From an uncultured Candidatus Rokubacteria bacterium (lineage in GTDB: Bacteria; Methylomirabilota; Methylomirabilia; Rokubacteriales; CSP1-6), in assembly GCA_963754315.1 (NCBI GenBank), contig CAVWFS010000019.1, positions 416,001 to 480,000 of the forward strand: 64,000 nt of DNA, read 5' to 3'. Made by a program: the position numbers and the translations under genes. Positions 52,458-62,313 of the stretch are shown piece after piece (positions within the stretch are counted from its first letter, which is position 1; each line of letters starts with the position of its first letter). The notes beneath the pieces are model-generated. The model had not been told where the DNA came from. It did not search any database and was given only the letters and a program-made list of their open reading frames with translations.

Positions 52458-54060
52458 GTGAGCGACCTTGAGCATCTCGTCGGCGAGCGTCTGATGGTCG
52501 GCCTGCCGGGGACGACCTTGCGCGAGGAAGACGTTCGCCTGTTCCAGGACACGCACGCGGCCGGCCTCATTCTGTATCGGCGTAACTTCGAGAGTCCCGA
52601 GCAGCTCCTTCGGCTGCTCGACCAGCTCGAAGAGGCTCTCGGACGACGGCTTTTGGTGGCGACGGACCACGAGGGCGGCCGCATCGTCATGCTCGGCCGC
52701 GGCACCACCATATTCCCGGACAATCTCGCGGTGGGCACGGCCGGCGAGGAGGCCTTCGCCGCTCGACAGGGACTGATCGAGGCGCACGAGCTGCGCCGCC
52801 TCGGTGTCGATCTCAACCTGGGTCCATGTCTCGATGTCCTCACCGACCGCTACAGCCCGAACATCGGCATCCGCTCCTACGGCAAGGATCCCACCTTGGT
52901 CGCGCGCTACGGCGCCGCCCGCATCGCGGGCATGCGTCGCGGCGGTCTCTCCGCCTGCCCCAAGCACTTTCCGGGGAAAGGACATTCGCCCCTCGACGCG
53001 CACCTGCGCCTGCCAACGATCGACTCCTCGTGGGACGAGATGTTGAGTCTGCATCTGCCGCCGTTCTTCGCCGCCATCGAGCAGGGGGTGGAGTGCATCA
53101 TGACCTCGCACCCCGTCTATCCCAAGCTCGATTCTTCGGCCGTGCCCGCCACGTTCTCGCGGCTGATCGTCCACGACTATTTGCGGTCCGAGGTAGGGTT
53201 CCGCGGCGTGATCGTGTCGGACGACCTCGAGATGGGCGCGGTCACCGAGAGCTGCCCGATCGGGGAGGCGACGGTCCGCGCGGCGGGGGCCGGTCACGAC
53301 CTCCTGCTCGTCTGCCATACGGAGGCCGCCCAGCGCGCGGCGGCCACTGCCCTCGCCGAAGCCTACCGATCGGGCGAGCTACCGCGGCGCGAACTAGAGG
53401 TGTCAGCCGAACGCGTGCGAACTCTCCGCCTGCGACGCTCCAGGCGCGCTGAAGGCGGACCGGCGGCGCCGGAAGCCGATGGTCACGCGCTGGCCCGGGC
53501 CATCGCTGCCCGCGCGGTGACCGTCGTGTCCCCCGGGCGCCCCGAAATGAAGCGCGCCCTCAACGGCCGCGTCCTCGTCGTCTTTCCGCGCTTCTCGGAG
53601 CTCGCTGCACGGATCACCATCGAGGCGGCCCTCGTCCGACGAGCGTGCCTGGATCACCAGCGCCTGCGCGCCGCTCGGGTTCGCCCCGACCATCATGCTG
53701 GTCGGGATCGAGCCGAGCCGCGATGAGATCGAGAGGGCCGCCGAGGCATCGGCCGCTGCCGACGCAACCGTGTTGTTCCTCTACGACGCACACCTTTATC
53801 CAACGAATCGGCAGCTGCTGGACGTCGTCCAGGCGCGCGCAGAACCTCGCGGCCGTGCTGCTGCGCGACCCGTACGACGCAAGCTCTTGCCCCCGACACC
53901 TCGGGATCACCGCCTACGGCTTCCGGCAGTGCCAGCTCGAGCCGCGCTCGCCCGCCTCGCCCATTCGTGCCGCGCGCCGAGACGCTCGGGATCACCGCCT
54001 CACGGACCGCTCAGACACGTGCCGGCTCGCCGAGACGCGCTCTCGCTCCGCTTGCGCTGA
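52458..54060 (+). CDS. nagZ: GH3 beta-N-acetylhexosaminidase; C-terminal domain broken by several indels, end uncertain
   Basis: DHEGGRI, KHFPGKGH, DAH, SDDLEM; downstream pieces (TVLFLYDAH, AVLLRDPYD, ITAYGFR) lie in different frames. Confidence 0.88.
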
Positions 54061-55551
54061 GAGGTCTGCGATCAGCGCGGCGCGTGCCAGAGGCGAGCAG
54101 GCGAGGGAGAGCGCGATCGTTCCCACCGTGCCCAGGATCACGAGCCAGGACCAGGCAGCGGCAAGATCCTGGTCTCGATGAGGACCAGCAGGGCCAGATT
54201 CACCAGCGCCATGACGATCATGGCTGCGACATTGGCGCCGTCCGCGACATGGCGCCGGGTGAGAAGACCGAGCAGAAACACGCCGAGCAGTGAGCCAAAC
54301 GTCACCCCGGCAATCTTGAACGCCAGCCACAGGATCCCCTCGAAGAACGAGAAGCCGTAGGCCAGCCCGGCCAGCAGCATCCCGAAAACCGCCACGCTGA
54401 CCCGCGAGACCCGGAGGTAGTGGCGCTCGGATCGGCCCCGGACGAGCAGCGGTCGGTAGATGTCGGTCACGAAGGACGAGGCAAGCGCGCCGAGCGGCGA
54501 ATCGATGGAGGCCAGCACGATCGCGCTCAGCATCAACCCGCGCAAGATGGGTGGCATGACCTGCTGGACGAAGTGAGGGACGATCTCGTCCGGACGCGAG
54601 ACGGTCAACGACGCGTGCTGCAGGTAGAAGGTATAGAGGGCGGCCCCGAGGCCGAGGTAGATCACCAGGGTGAGGGCGGTGCCGAGCGGGGTGATGGAGA
54701 GCGTGCGCTGGCTTTCCCGCCGCGTCTCCACGGTGAGCAGCCGCTGCATGAGGTCTTGATCGGTCCCGAAAGCGGCCATGGAGCCGATGAAGCCGTTGAG
54801 CACGGCCACCCACACGATGTTGGGATCGGCAAAGATCCGACGCCAGAAATCCGGGGCGTCTAGCCGCGGCCCCCAGTTGATCACGTTGAGCCGCCCGGCC
54901 TCTCCCGCCGTCCGAATGACGGCGGACACTCCACCATCGATGTGATCCACAATGAAGCCGAGCATCGCTGCGCCCGCCACGAGGAACATGAGCGCCTGGA
55001 AGACGTTGGTCCACACGAGGGCCCTGACCCCGCCGGCGGCCATGTACAGCACCGAGATCACCGTAAAGATCATGATGGTGGGCGCGAGCGACCACCCGAG
55101 CAGGATGGAAACGGCCAGGCAGGCTGCCATGAGGCGCACACCGGACCCGGCGAGCCGGGTGACGAAGAAGAAGATCGACGCGGTCACCTGACTCTGCTGG
55201 CCAAAGCGATGGCCGAGAAACTCGTAGATGGTGGTGACGTTATAACGATAGAAGGCGGGAATGAACAGAAAGGCCACCGCCCACTTGGCCAGGCTGGAGC
55301 CCACGAAGAACTGCACGTACTCCCAATTCTCGCGATAGGCGGTGGCCGGGACCGAGATGATGGTGACCGCGCTGATCTCGGTAGCCAGGAAGGACAGGCG
55401 CCGCCGCCCACCACGGAATGTGGCGGCGAGCCAGGAAGAAGTCCACGGTATCGCGCTGGCGGGCGAAGCGCGCGCCGATGCCAAGGAGCACCGCCAGCGA
55501 CACAAGCAGGATCGCATAGTCGGGCCACGTGAGCCGGGAGGCGCCAGGCAC
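53992..55551 (-). CDS. sodium:solute symporter (SSS) family, frameshifts near 55400 and 54165, end uncertain
   Basis: DFFLARRHIPWWA / LSFLATEISAVT, GGVRALVWT, DQDLMQRLL; GTG 55551 preceded by TATAAT. Confidence 0.88.
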
Positions 55552-55618
55552 GCGACATTATATGAGAGTGCCTCCCCGTGCCTTGAAAGGACGGGCCCCA
55601 CGATCCATAGTCATCCCC

Positions 55619-56522
55619 ATGACGTCTGCGCATGCTGCCCGGATCCCCGGCTCACGATCTGTGCGGCAGGAGCAGCTGGCTGTCGGCGTCGATGTGGGCG
55701 GCACCTGGATTCGCATGCGTGCTTTCATTGGCGGACACCTGGCCGCCCGCGCCGCGGAGCGCAGGACGCGCACGGCGGAGATCGCCGCCTTCCTGGCCGA
55801 GGTCTGGCAGCGCCAGCGCTGGCGCCCCACGCGGATTGCCGCGCTCGTCGTGGCCTCCAACGGGATCTGGACCCCGCACGAATGCAGCAGCATGGCCCAC
55901 CGACTCTCCCCCTTCGCCGTGCGCGTGCGGGTGATCCCCGATGCGCAGGCCGCCGCCTTGGGTGCGCTCGACGGACAACCCGGTGTGCTCGTCCTCTCCG
56001 GAACCGGGTCCATCGTGGTCGGACACGATGGCCGCGGGCGCTGGGAACGTGCGGGCGGGTTCGGCCCGCTGCTGGGTGACGAGGGCTCGGGATTCTGGCT
56101 CGGCCGCGAGTGGCTGCGCGCGACGGTGGCTGGAGACTTCGAGGCCGTGCGTACGCTGGCCCATGCGTCCAAGCCGGTATCCGCCATCGCCGCCCTGGCC
56201 CCGATGGTCATCGCCCGCGCGCAGCGTGGGGATCGACGGGCGCGGAGAATCGTCGCGGCGGGCCAGGCGCACCTGGCCGCCAACGCCGCCGTCATCGCGC
56301 GCCGACTTCTCCTGCCGACTCCCGTGACCATGAGCTGGGCCGGCGGCGTGCTGGCCGACCCGTGGTTCCGCGCGGGGGTGATGCGAGCTGTGGCCGCGGA
56401 GCGGACTGAGGACACACTGGATTGCCCCGAGAGTGACCGGGTTGATCGCCGCAGGGAGGCTCGCCCAGGAACTGGCCATGGGGCCGACGGCCCTGCGGCA
56501 CCGGCGGACGGGCGAGCCATAG
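55619..56522 (+). CDS. BadF/BadG/BcrA/BcrD-family GlcNAc/MurNAc kinase (MurK-like), frameshift near 56400
   Basis: GVDVGGT, SGTGS, GGFGPLLGDEGSGFWLG; the +1 frame gives a plausible C-terminus ending TAG at 56520-22. Confidence 0.82.
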
Positions 56523-56926
56523 TGACCGATCGTCTACCGTCCCCCGGGCGTCGGCTCGTCATCTCCGTGTGTCCGCGTGAGGCCGGCACCGTTACCTTAG
56601 CGGTCGAGCGCGGTCAGCGGCGCCGACGCCTGGATGCCCGTGGGATTCTCCGCGAATTGCAGGGTCTCGTCGACCGTCGAGGACTCGGACACCTCGTGAG
56701 CGTGCGTGAGGGATGCGCCGGCGGCTGTTACGCCACCGGCCCCAACGTCAGCCTGACCATTCACACCGTTCCCTCTCCAGGTCGGCGTCCCGACAACATC
56801 GCCATCGGCTGGCACAGCTATGTCGGTTCGCTCGACACCCTGGACTGTCTGGCCGCGATCGTGGACGCGCACCTTGCCCCGCCAGCGCGCGCGCCATGGC
56901 CTTCACCGCCCCTCGCTCAGACCTGA
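56522..56926 (+). CDS. thioredoxin-like [2Fe-2S] ferredoxin-like protein
   Basis: ISVCP...REGCAGGCYATGPNV; GTG overlaps the preceding TAG. Confidence 0.6.
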   Translation: MTDRLPSPGRRLVISVCPREAGTVTLAVERGQRRRRLDARGILRELQGLVDRRGLGHLVSVREGCAGGCYATGPNVSLTIHTVPSPGRRPDNIAIGWHSYVGSLDTLDCLAAIVDAHLAPPARAPWPSPPLAQT

Positions 56927-56946
56927 CAAAACGTCCGTCTCCGTGG

Positions 56947-57200
56947 ATGCGGTTGCACGAGACCTACACCATCACCACCAGCAGTCCGTTCATCCTGCCT
57001 CTGCCCGTCGACGTCTGGAACATCACCGACGAGTTCGACACGTTTAACAATGTCTATGGTGTCCAGCTCGGCGTGCGCGGGCGCTACGACTGGGGACGAT
57101 TCTTCGCAAGCGACAGCCTCAAGTTCGCCATGGGGGCCATGGTGTTCGCTAGCTTCACATTTCTCTACACGAACACATCGTCCGGGCCTCAAACTTCCGG
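56947..57200 (+). pseudogene. remnant of a BBP7-like outer-membrane beta-barrel gene
   Basis: DEFDTFNNVYGVQLGVRGRYDWG and FTFLYTN resemble non-adjacent barrel strands (from recall); no signal peptide or plausible full gene. Confidence 0.45.
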
Positions 57201-57261
57201 TTCTAGCCGCCCAGCGCAGTACGCCCTCTCTGTGGGAACGCCAGCTGTCACGCCTCTTGCA

Positions 57262-58554
57262 CTATCGCCGGCGGCGACCTGTGGAGACCGCGTACACGAG
57301 AGGGCCGGTGAGCGCAGCCAGGACACCGACGAAAGTGTTCTTCCAGCCGGCGGTGGCCATGGCAAGCAGACACAGGGCGGTCGGTAGGAGCACGGCGATC
57401 AGCATGCCCGCCGAGCCTCCGGGGACCCGCCACGGTCGCACAATATCCAGATGGCGCATCCGCAGCCGCACGAACGCGGCAAGCTCGACGATGAGGGTGA
57501 GCGAATAGAGCCAGATGTTGAGGACGATCAGTTCCTTGAACGAGAAGGCGGCGAAGCCCGCGTAGAAGAGGGCAGAGACAAGCACGGCCGCCCACGGCGT
57601 CCCGAAGCGCGGGTGAACGGCGCCGAGCCAGGCGCCAAGGTGGCCATCCCGCGCGAGCACGTAGGGTAGCCGCGAGTTCGTGAGGAGCAGCGACAGGAAG
57701 AGGCCGCTCGTGCTCACCACCGCCCCCGCGGCGAGGGCATGCCCGAGCCAGGGGCCGCCGATCTTCTCCGCGATGCGGGGGAGAGCACCCGTGTCCCACG
57801 CTGTCCAGCCGATCGTCCCGCTCGCCAGCCCAACGGTTACCGGCAACAGATAAGCCGCAGCGATGATCGGAAGGGCGACGAACAGGGCCGTGCGGAAAGC
57901 GCGTTCGGGCGCCCGGGTCTCGCCGAGAGTCGTGGAGGGAGTGTCCCAGCCCGAATAGTTCCACATCATCACGGCCAGCCCGAGCCCAAGTCCGCCCACG
58001 AGACTCTGCTCCTCGGTCATGAACGGTCGCCAGGGAGCGACCGACATCGAGGTCGCGCCGACCACGACGAGGAGCGCCACCGGTGTCAGAGCCAGCATAC
58101 CGAGCACCACCGCCGCACGACCGACCGGCCTCACGCCGACGAGGTTCAGACCAGTCAGCACGACGATGAAGACCAACGCCCACAGCCAGCGCTCGCCCGG
58201 GCCCATCTCGGGACGCCAGAAGCGCGCATATTCCACGAAGAGGGTGGGATACACCGCCACATCGACGAAACTATTGATCCAGCTCCACCAGCCGACCTGA
58301 AAGCCCCAGTAGCGTCCGAAGGCGCGCGTGACCCACGTCACGTACCCGCCCTCGTCGGGCATGGCCGAGGCCATCTCCGACATGACGAGGGCGACGGGCA
58401 GGCTCCAGATGAGCGGAGTGAGAATCAGGAGCGTCAACGCGAGGCCCGGCCCGAAGGACGACACGGCATCCTCGATGCCGTACGGTCCTCCGCTCACGTT
58501 GAAGAAGACGATGGCCGCGAGCGACGCGAGCCCGAGCTCGCGCCGGAGGGCGAT
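57262..58554 (-). CDS. APC family amino acid/polyamine permease
   Basis: LRRELGL, NVSGGPYGIE, EMASAMPDEGG, WNYSGWD; start uncertain (ATC 58554 follows a perfect SD). Confidence 0.9.
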   Translation of the reverse strand: MALRRELGLASLAAIVFFNVSGGPYGIEDAVSSFGPGLALTLLILTPLIWSLPVALVMSEMASAMPDEGGYVTWVTRAFGRYWGFQVGWWSWINSFVDVAVYPTLFVEYARFWRPEMGPGERWLWALVFIVVLTGLNLVGVRPVGRAAVVLGMLALTPVALLVVVGATSMSVAPWRPFMTEEQSLVGGLGLGLAVMMWNYSGWDTPSTTLGETRAPERAFRTALFVALPIIAAAYLLPVTVGLASGTIGWTAWDTGALPRIAEKIGGPWLGHALAAGAVVSTSGLFLSLLLTNSRLPYVLARDGHLGAWLGAVHPRFGTPWAAVLVSALFYAGFAAFSFKELIVLNIWLYSLTLIVELAAFVRLRMRHLDIVRPWRVPGGSAGMLIAVLLPTALCLLAMATAGWKNTFVGVLAALTGPLVYAVSTGRRRR

Positions 58555-58558
58555 GAGG

Positions 58559-58783
58559 CTACCTCCCCTGCGCGGCAGCGATGAGTCCGGGCAGCTCCTT
58601 GACCCACTCCTCGATGGGCGTCTGGGCATCCACGGTGATCTCGAGCTTTCCGTTGGGAAGTCGTCGCACCTTGCCGGGAGAAGCCGGGCCGAGCGGGATC
58701 ACCAGCATCTCGCGATGGACTCCGAGCGCGTCAGTCACCTCGAAGATCGCGTCGATCTCCTTCATGGTCACGACCTGGAGCAT
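58559..58783 (-). CDS. small hypothetical protein (74 aa)
   Basis: SD GAGG, ATG 58783, high-GC codon pattern, fills the gap between two co-oriented genes. Confidence 0.7.
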   Translation of the reverse strand: MLQVVTMKEIDAIFEVTDALGVHREMLVIPLGPASPGKVRRLPNGKLEITVDAQTPIEEWVKELPGLIAAAQGR

Positions 58784-58793
58784 GGATGTGCCC

Positions 58794-59834
58794 TCAGACC
58801 GCCGTGGCGACGCCGCGCTCGGAGGCGCAGGCCTGGATCTGCCGCCACGTCTCATCTTCGACAGGGATACCGTTGGCCCGCCGCTCGCGCGCCAAGCGCT
58901 CTTCCGGCTCGCCGGGAATCACGATCTCCTTGGCCCCCGCCGCCAGAGGCGTCGCTTTCACGAAGTCGAAGTGAGCCGCCACCTGACGATGAAAGTCGGC
59001 CAGGGGCAGAAAGCGCGTCACGTCGAGGCAGATCATCAAGGTGCCGTTCCGGAAGGGCGAGGGATCAGGGCCGGCGGCGCCCGTCCCGGACAGGATGCCG
59101 GCCAGGATCTCGACGGCCAGCGAGAGGCCGTAGCCCTTGTGTTCCCCGGCCGTGAGCAGCGAGCCCGGCGGTTCGGTGTAGAAGCGGCGCGGATCGTTCG
59201 AGGGCTCGCCAACTCCGTCGAGCATGATTCCAGCTGGCACGGTCTCGCCGCGGTTGAACTTGACCCGCAACTTTCCTTCGGCCCACACGCTCGTGGCGAA
59301 GTCGAGCGACATCGCCACGGTGCCTCCAGGGCCAGGGATGGCGATGGCGTGCGGGTTGGTTCCCAACCGTCGGGCCGCTCCGCCCCACGGCGCCACGTTG
59401 AGGCCACCGACCGCATTGACCCACAGCATGCCGACGAGTCCCTCCCTCGCCGCCGTCTCCGCATAGTCGGCCAGCCGCCCGACGTGAGTGGTTCCCCGCA
59501 GCCCCACTGCCGAGAGCCCCTGGCTCTTGGCTTTGGCGATGGCCAGGTCGATGCCGCGCCGGGCGACCACCTGGCCTAGCCCGCGATCGCCGTCGAGGAC
59601 GGCAAGCGTCGGAGCCTCGATGACCGTCGCGATGTGGGGCGCAGGGTTGATGTGCCCGGTCTTCAGGCCGTTCACATACTGGGGGATGCGGATGACCCCG
59701 TGCGAATCGTGGCCGCGCAGGTTGGCCAGGACGAGCTGGCGGGCCACCCACACCGCGTCGTCTTTGGGTACGGCCCAGCCGACGAAGATCTCCCGGGTGA
59801 TGCGCTCTAGCGTCTCGGCGCCGATACTGGGCAT
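58794..59834 (-). CDS. Ldh2 family (malate/L-lactate/sulfolactate-type) dehydrogenase
   Basis: RGHDSHG, HVGRLADY, GTNP, DFATS, HKGYGL, PGEPE. Confidence 0.92.
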   Translation of the reverse strand: MPSIGAETLERITREIFVGWAVPKDDAVWVARQLVLANLRGHDSHGVIRIPQYVNGLKTGHINPAPHIATVIEAPTLAVLDGDRGLGQVVARRGIDLAIAKAKSQGLSAVGLRGTTHVGRLADYAETAAREGLVGMLWVNAVGGLNVAPWGGAARRLGTNPHAIAIPGPGGTVAMSLDFATSVWAEGKLRVKFNRGETVPAGIMLDGVGEPSNDPRRFYTEPPGSLLTAGEHKGYGLSLAVEILAGILSGTGAAGPDPSPFRNGTLMICLDVTRFLPLADFHRQVAAHFDFVKATPLAAGAKEIVIPGEPEERLARERRANGIPVEDETWRQIQACASERGVATAV

Positions 59835-59903
59835 GGACAGGCTCCTTGGCGATGATGGCTCGGCATCGAGCCCCTGAGGGCCCTTGCTAGACTACCGAGC
59901 GGA

Positions 59904-60866
59904 ATGGCCAAAGGCGAGCCCGAAAAGATCCGTCTCGGCGTCTCGGCCTGTCTGCTCGGCGAGCCGGTCCGTTTCGACGGTGGTCACAAGCGCGATCCAT
60001 TCCTCGTCGATACCCTGGGCCCGTTCGTGGAGTGGGTGGCCGTGTGTCCGGAAGTCGAGATCGGGCTGTCGACGCCCCGCGACACCTTGCGCCTGGTCGG
60101 CGCCGAGGATGCCCCACGCCTGGTCGTCGAGAAGACGGGCCAGGACCTCACGGAGCGGATGCGGCGCTACGCGCGGGACAGGATCGAGCAGCTCGCCGCC
60201 TTGAACCTGCACGGCTATGTCCTCAAGCGCGCCTCGCCGTCGTGCGGCCTCTTTCGCGTGCGGGTCTACCCCGAGAGCGGAATCCCGCAGACCGGCGGGC
60301 GCGGCCTCTTCGCCGCCGAGCTCGCGCAACGTCTCCCCTTGCTTCCCGTCGAAGAAGAGGGGCGCCTGAGCGATTCGCGGATCCGCGAGAACTTCATCGA
60401 GCGCGTCTTCGCCACCGCGCGCTGGCAGGCCTTGCGCCATGCCAAGCCGCGGCCCGCCGACCTCGTCGCCTTCCACGCTGCCCAGAAGTTCGCGATCCTT
60501 GCCCACAGCCCACATCACTACGCTACCCTCGGTCGGCAGGTAGCCAGAGCGGGCCGGATCCTCACCGGGGCCAAGCTCGACTCGTATGGCGCCCTTCTCA
60601 TGGAAGCGCTGGCCGTGCCGGCGACACGTCAACGTCACACCAACGTGCTGCAGCACCTGGCAGGCTTCTTCAAGAAACAGCTTCACGGGGACGAGCGCGC
60701 CGAGCTGATGGAAGTGATCGACGAGTACCGCCGGGGTCTGGTTCCCCTCGTCGTGCCCCTCACGCTCGTCCAGCACCATGTCCGCCGCCTCAACGTGACC
60801 TACCTCGCCGATCAGGTCTATCTGCGCCCGCATCCGAAGGAGCTGATGCTCCGGAACCACGTGTAG
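59904..60866 (+). CDS. DUF523 (2-thiouracil desulfurase-like) + DUF1722 (YbgA) protein
   Basis: VSACLLGEPVRFDGG, CPEVEIG, SPSCG, EEEGRL, NVLQHLAGFFK. Confidence 0.92.
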   Translation: MAKGEPEKIRLGVSACLLGEPVRFDGGHKRDPFLVDTLGPFVEWVAVCPEVEIGLSTPRDTLRLVGAEDAPRLVVEKTGQDLTERMRRYARDRIEQLAALNLHGYVLKRASPSCGLFRVRVYPESGIPQTGGRGLFAAELAQRLPLLPVEEEGRLSDSRIRENFIERVFATARWQALRHAKPRPADLVAFHAAQKFAILAHSPHHYATLGRQVARAGRILTGAKLDSYGALLMEALAVPATRQRHTNVLQHLAGFFKKQLHGDERAELMEVIDEYRRGLVPLVVPLTLVQHHVRRLNVTYLADQVYLRPHPKELMLRNHV

Positions 60867-60889
60867 GGCCGGTCGGGACGTCGCGTTTC

Positions 60890-62313
60890 TCAGGGCTCGA
60901 CGCCGAGGGCGCGAGCCGCCGCCGTCTCTCCCGAGTGGATGCAATCGGAGATGCCCACGCCACGGTAGCCGCCCCCCGCCAGCACGAGACCGGGCAAGCT
61001 GTCGACAGCCCGCATGATTGCCGCGATCCGATCGATGTGCCCGACCCGATACTGGGGCATGGCAAAGGGCCAGCGATGTACACGAGCGAGGATGGGTGCG
61101 GCGGTGACGCCGAGAGCCGCCCGCAATTCGGCACGGGCGGTGGCCAGTAGATCGTCGTCGCTGCCGTCCAGCACGCGCTCGTTCAACGCTCCGCCCAGGA
61201 AGCAGCGAAGCAGGGCCGTGCCCTCGGGTGCGCGCCCGGGATACTTCACGCTCGAGAACGTGCATGCGAGGATGGCGCGTCCCTCGACGCGGGGGACGAC
61301 AAAGCCGAACCCGTCCAGCGGATGAGGGATGTCCGGCCGTCGATAGGCCACAGTCACCGTCGCCGACGAGGCGTATGGAATGTCGGAGAGGAGCGCGGCC
61401 ACGGCAGGATCGACGTAGCGCAGCAGCCGACCAGTCACCGGGGCCTCGGTGGCCACGATGACTCGATCTGCAACGATGCTCTGGCCGCCCACGGTCGCCA
61501 CACGCCAGGCTGAGCCCGTGCGCTCGATCCCGGTCACGCGGTGTTCGAGCGCGACGGCTTCCGCGGGCAACCGCGCGGCAAGCGCTTCCACCAGCTCCCC
61601 CATGCCGTCCTTGAAGGTGACAAAGAGGCTCCAGCGCGCTCCGCTCGTTCCGGGCTCTCGCGTGCGGCGTCCCGCCCGCCAGAGCGCGAGGATGACGCTG
61701 CGTTCGCGCCGCTCGAGCTCCAGAAAGCGCGGCATGGTTGCGGCCAGGCTCAGATCGTCGGGGTCGGCCGTGTAGATTCCGGCCACCAGCGGCTGGGCCA
61801 CCCGTTCCAAGGCCTCGGCCCCCAGCCGGCGGCGGACGAACGAGCCCAAGCTCTCGTCGGTGTCGACCACCTGGGGCCGCAGACCTCCCCCGCGGGGCAG
61901 CGCGACTTCCAACGCCATGCGAAGCTTACCGGGCCACGAGAAGAGCCCGGAGCCGACGAATGGCCCCAGGCGCGTCGGGGCAAGGAGCTGAAAGCCCTCG
62001 GGCAACGGATACAGACGTCCGCGCGACCATACGAAGGTGCGCCGGAACCGATCGTCGGTCCGGAATCAATCGATGCTCGATACCGAGCCGATGGCAGAGG
62101 TCCAGCGCCCACGGTTTTTCTGAGATGAACGAGTCGGGGCCCGCCTCCAGCAGGAAGCCGTCGCTGCCGCTCACTCTCGACGGTTCCTCCCAGGCGGGCG
62201 CGCGCCTCGAGGAGAGTCAGGTCGAGTGCGAGACCACGCTCGTGGGCGAGCTGCGCCGCGCGCCACGCGGCCGTGAGCCCGGTGATGCCACCTCCGATGA
62301 CAACGAGCCTTAT
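60890..62313 (-). CDS. hemY: HemY-type (copro/proto)porphyrinogen oxidase, two 1-nt frameshifts near 62165 and 62060
   Basis: RLVVIGGGITGL, LEAGPDSF, GFGFVVP, AMPQYRVGH, GVGISDCI across three frames. Confidence 0.9.

Noticed and set aside
55529..56926. Sugar kinase-ferredoxin fusion (465-aa ORF)
   Set aside because: The linker looks off-frame; the +1 frame gives a natural kinase end whose TAG overlaps the next GTG, so the fusion is likely an indel artefact
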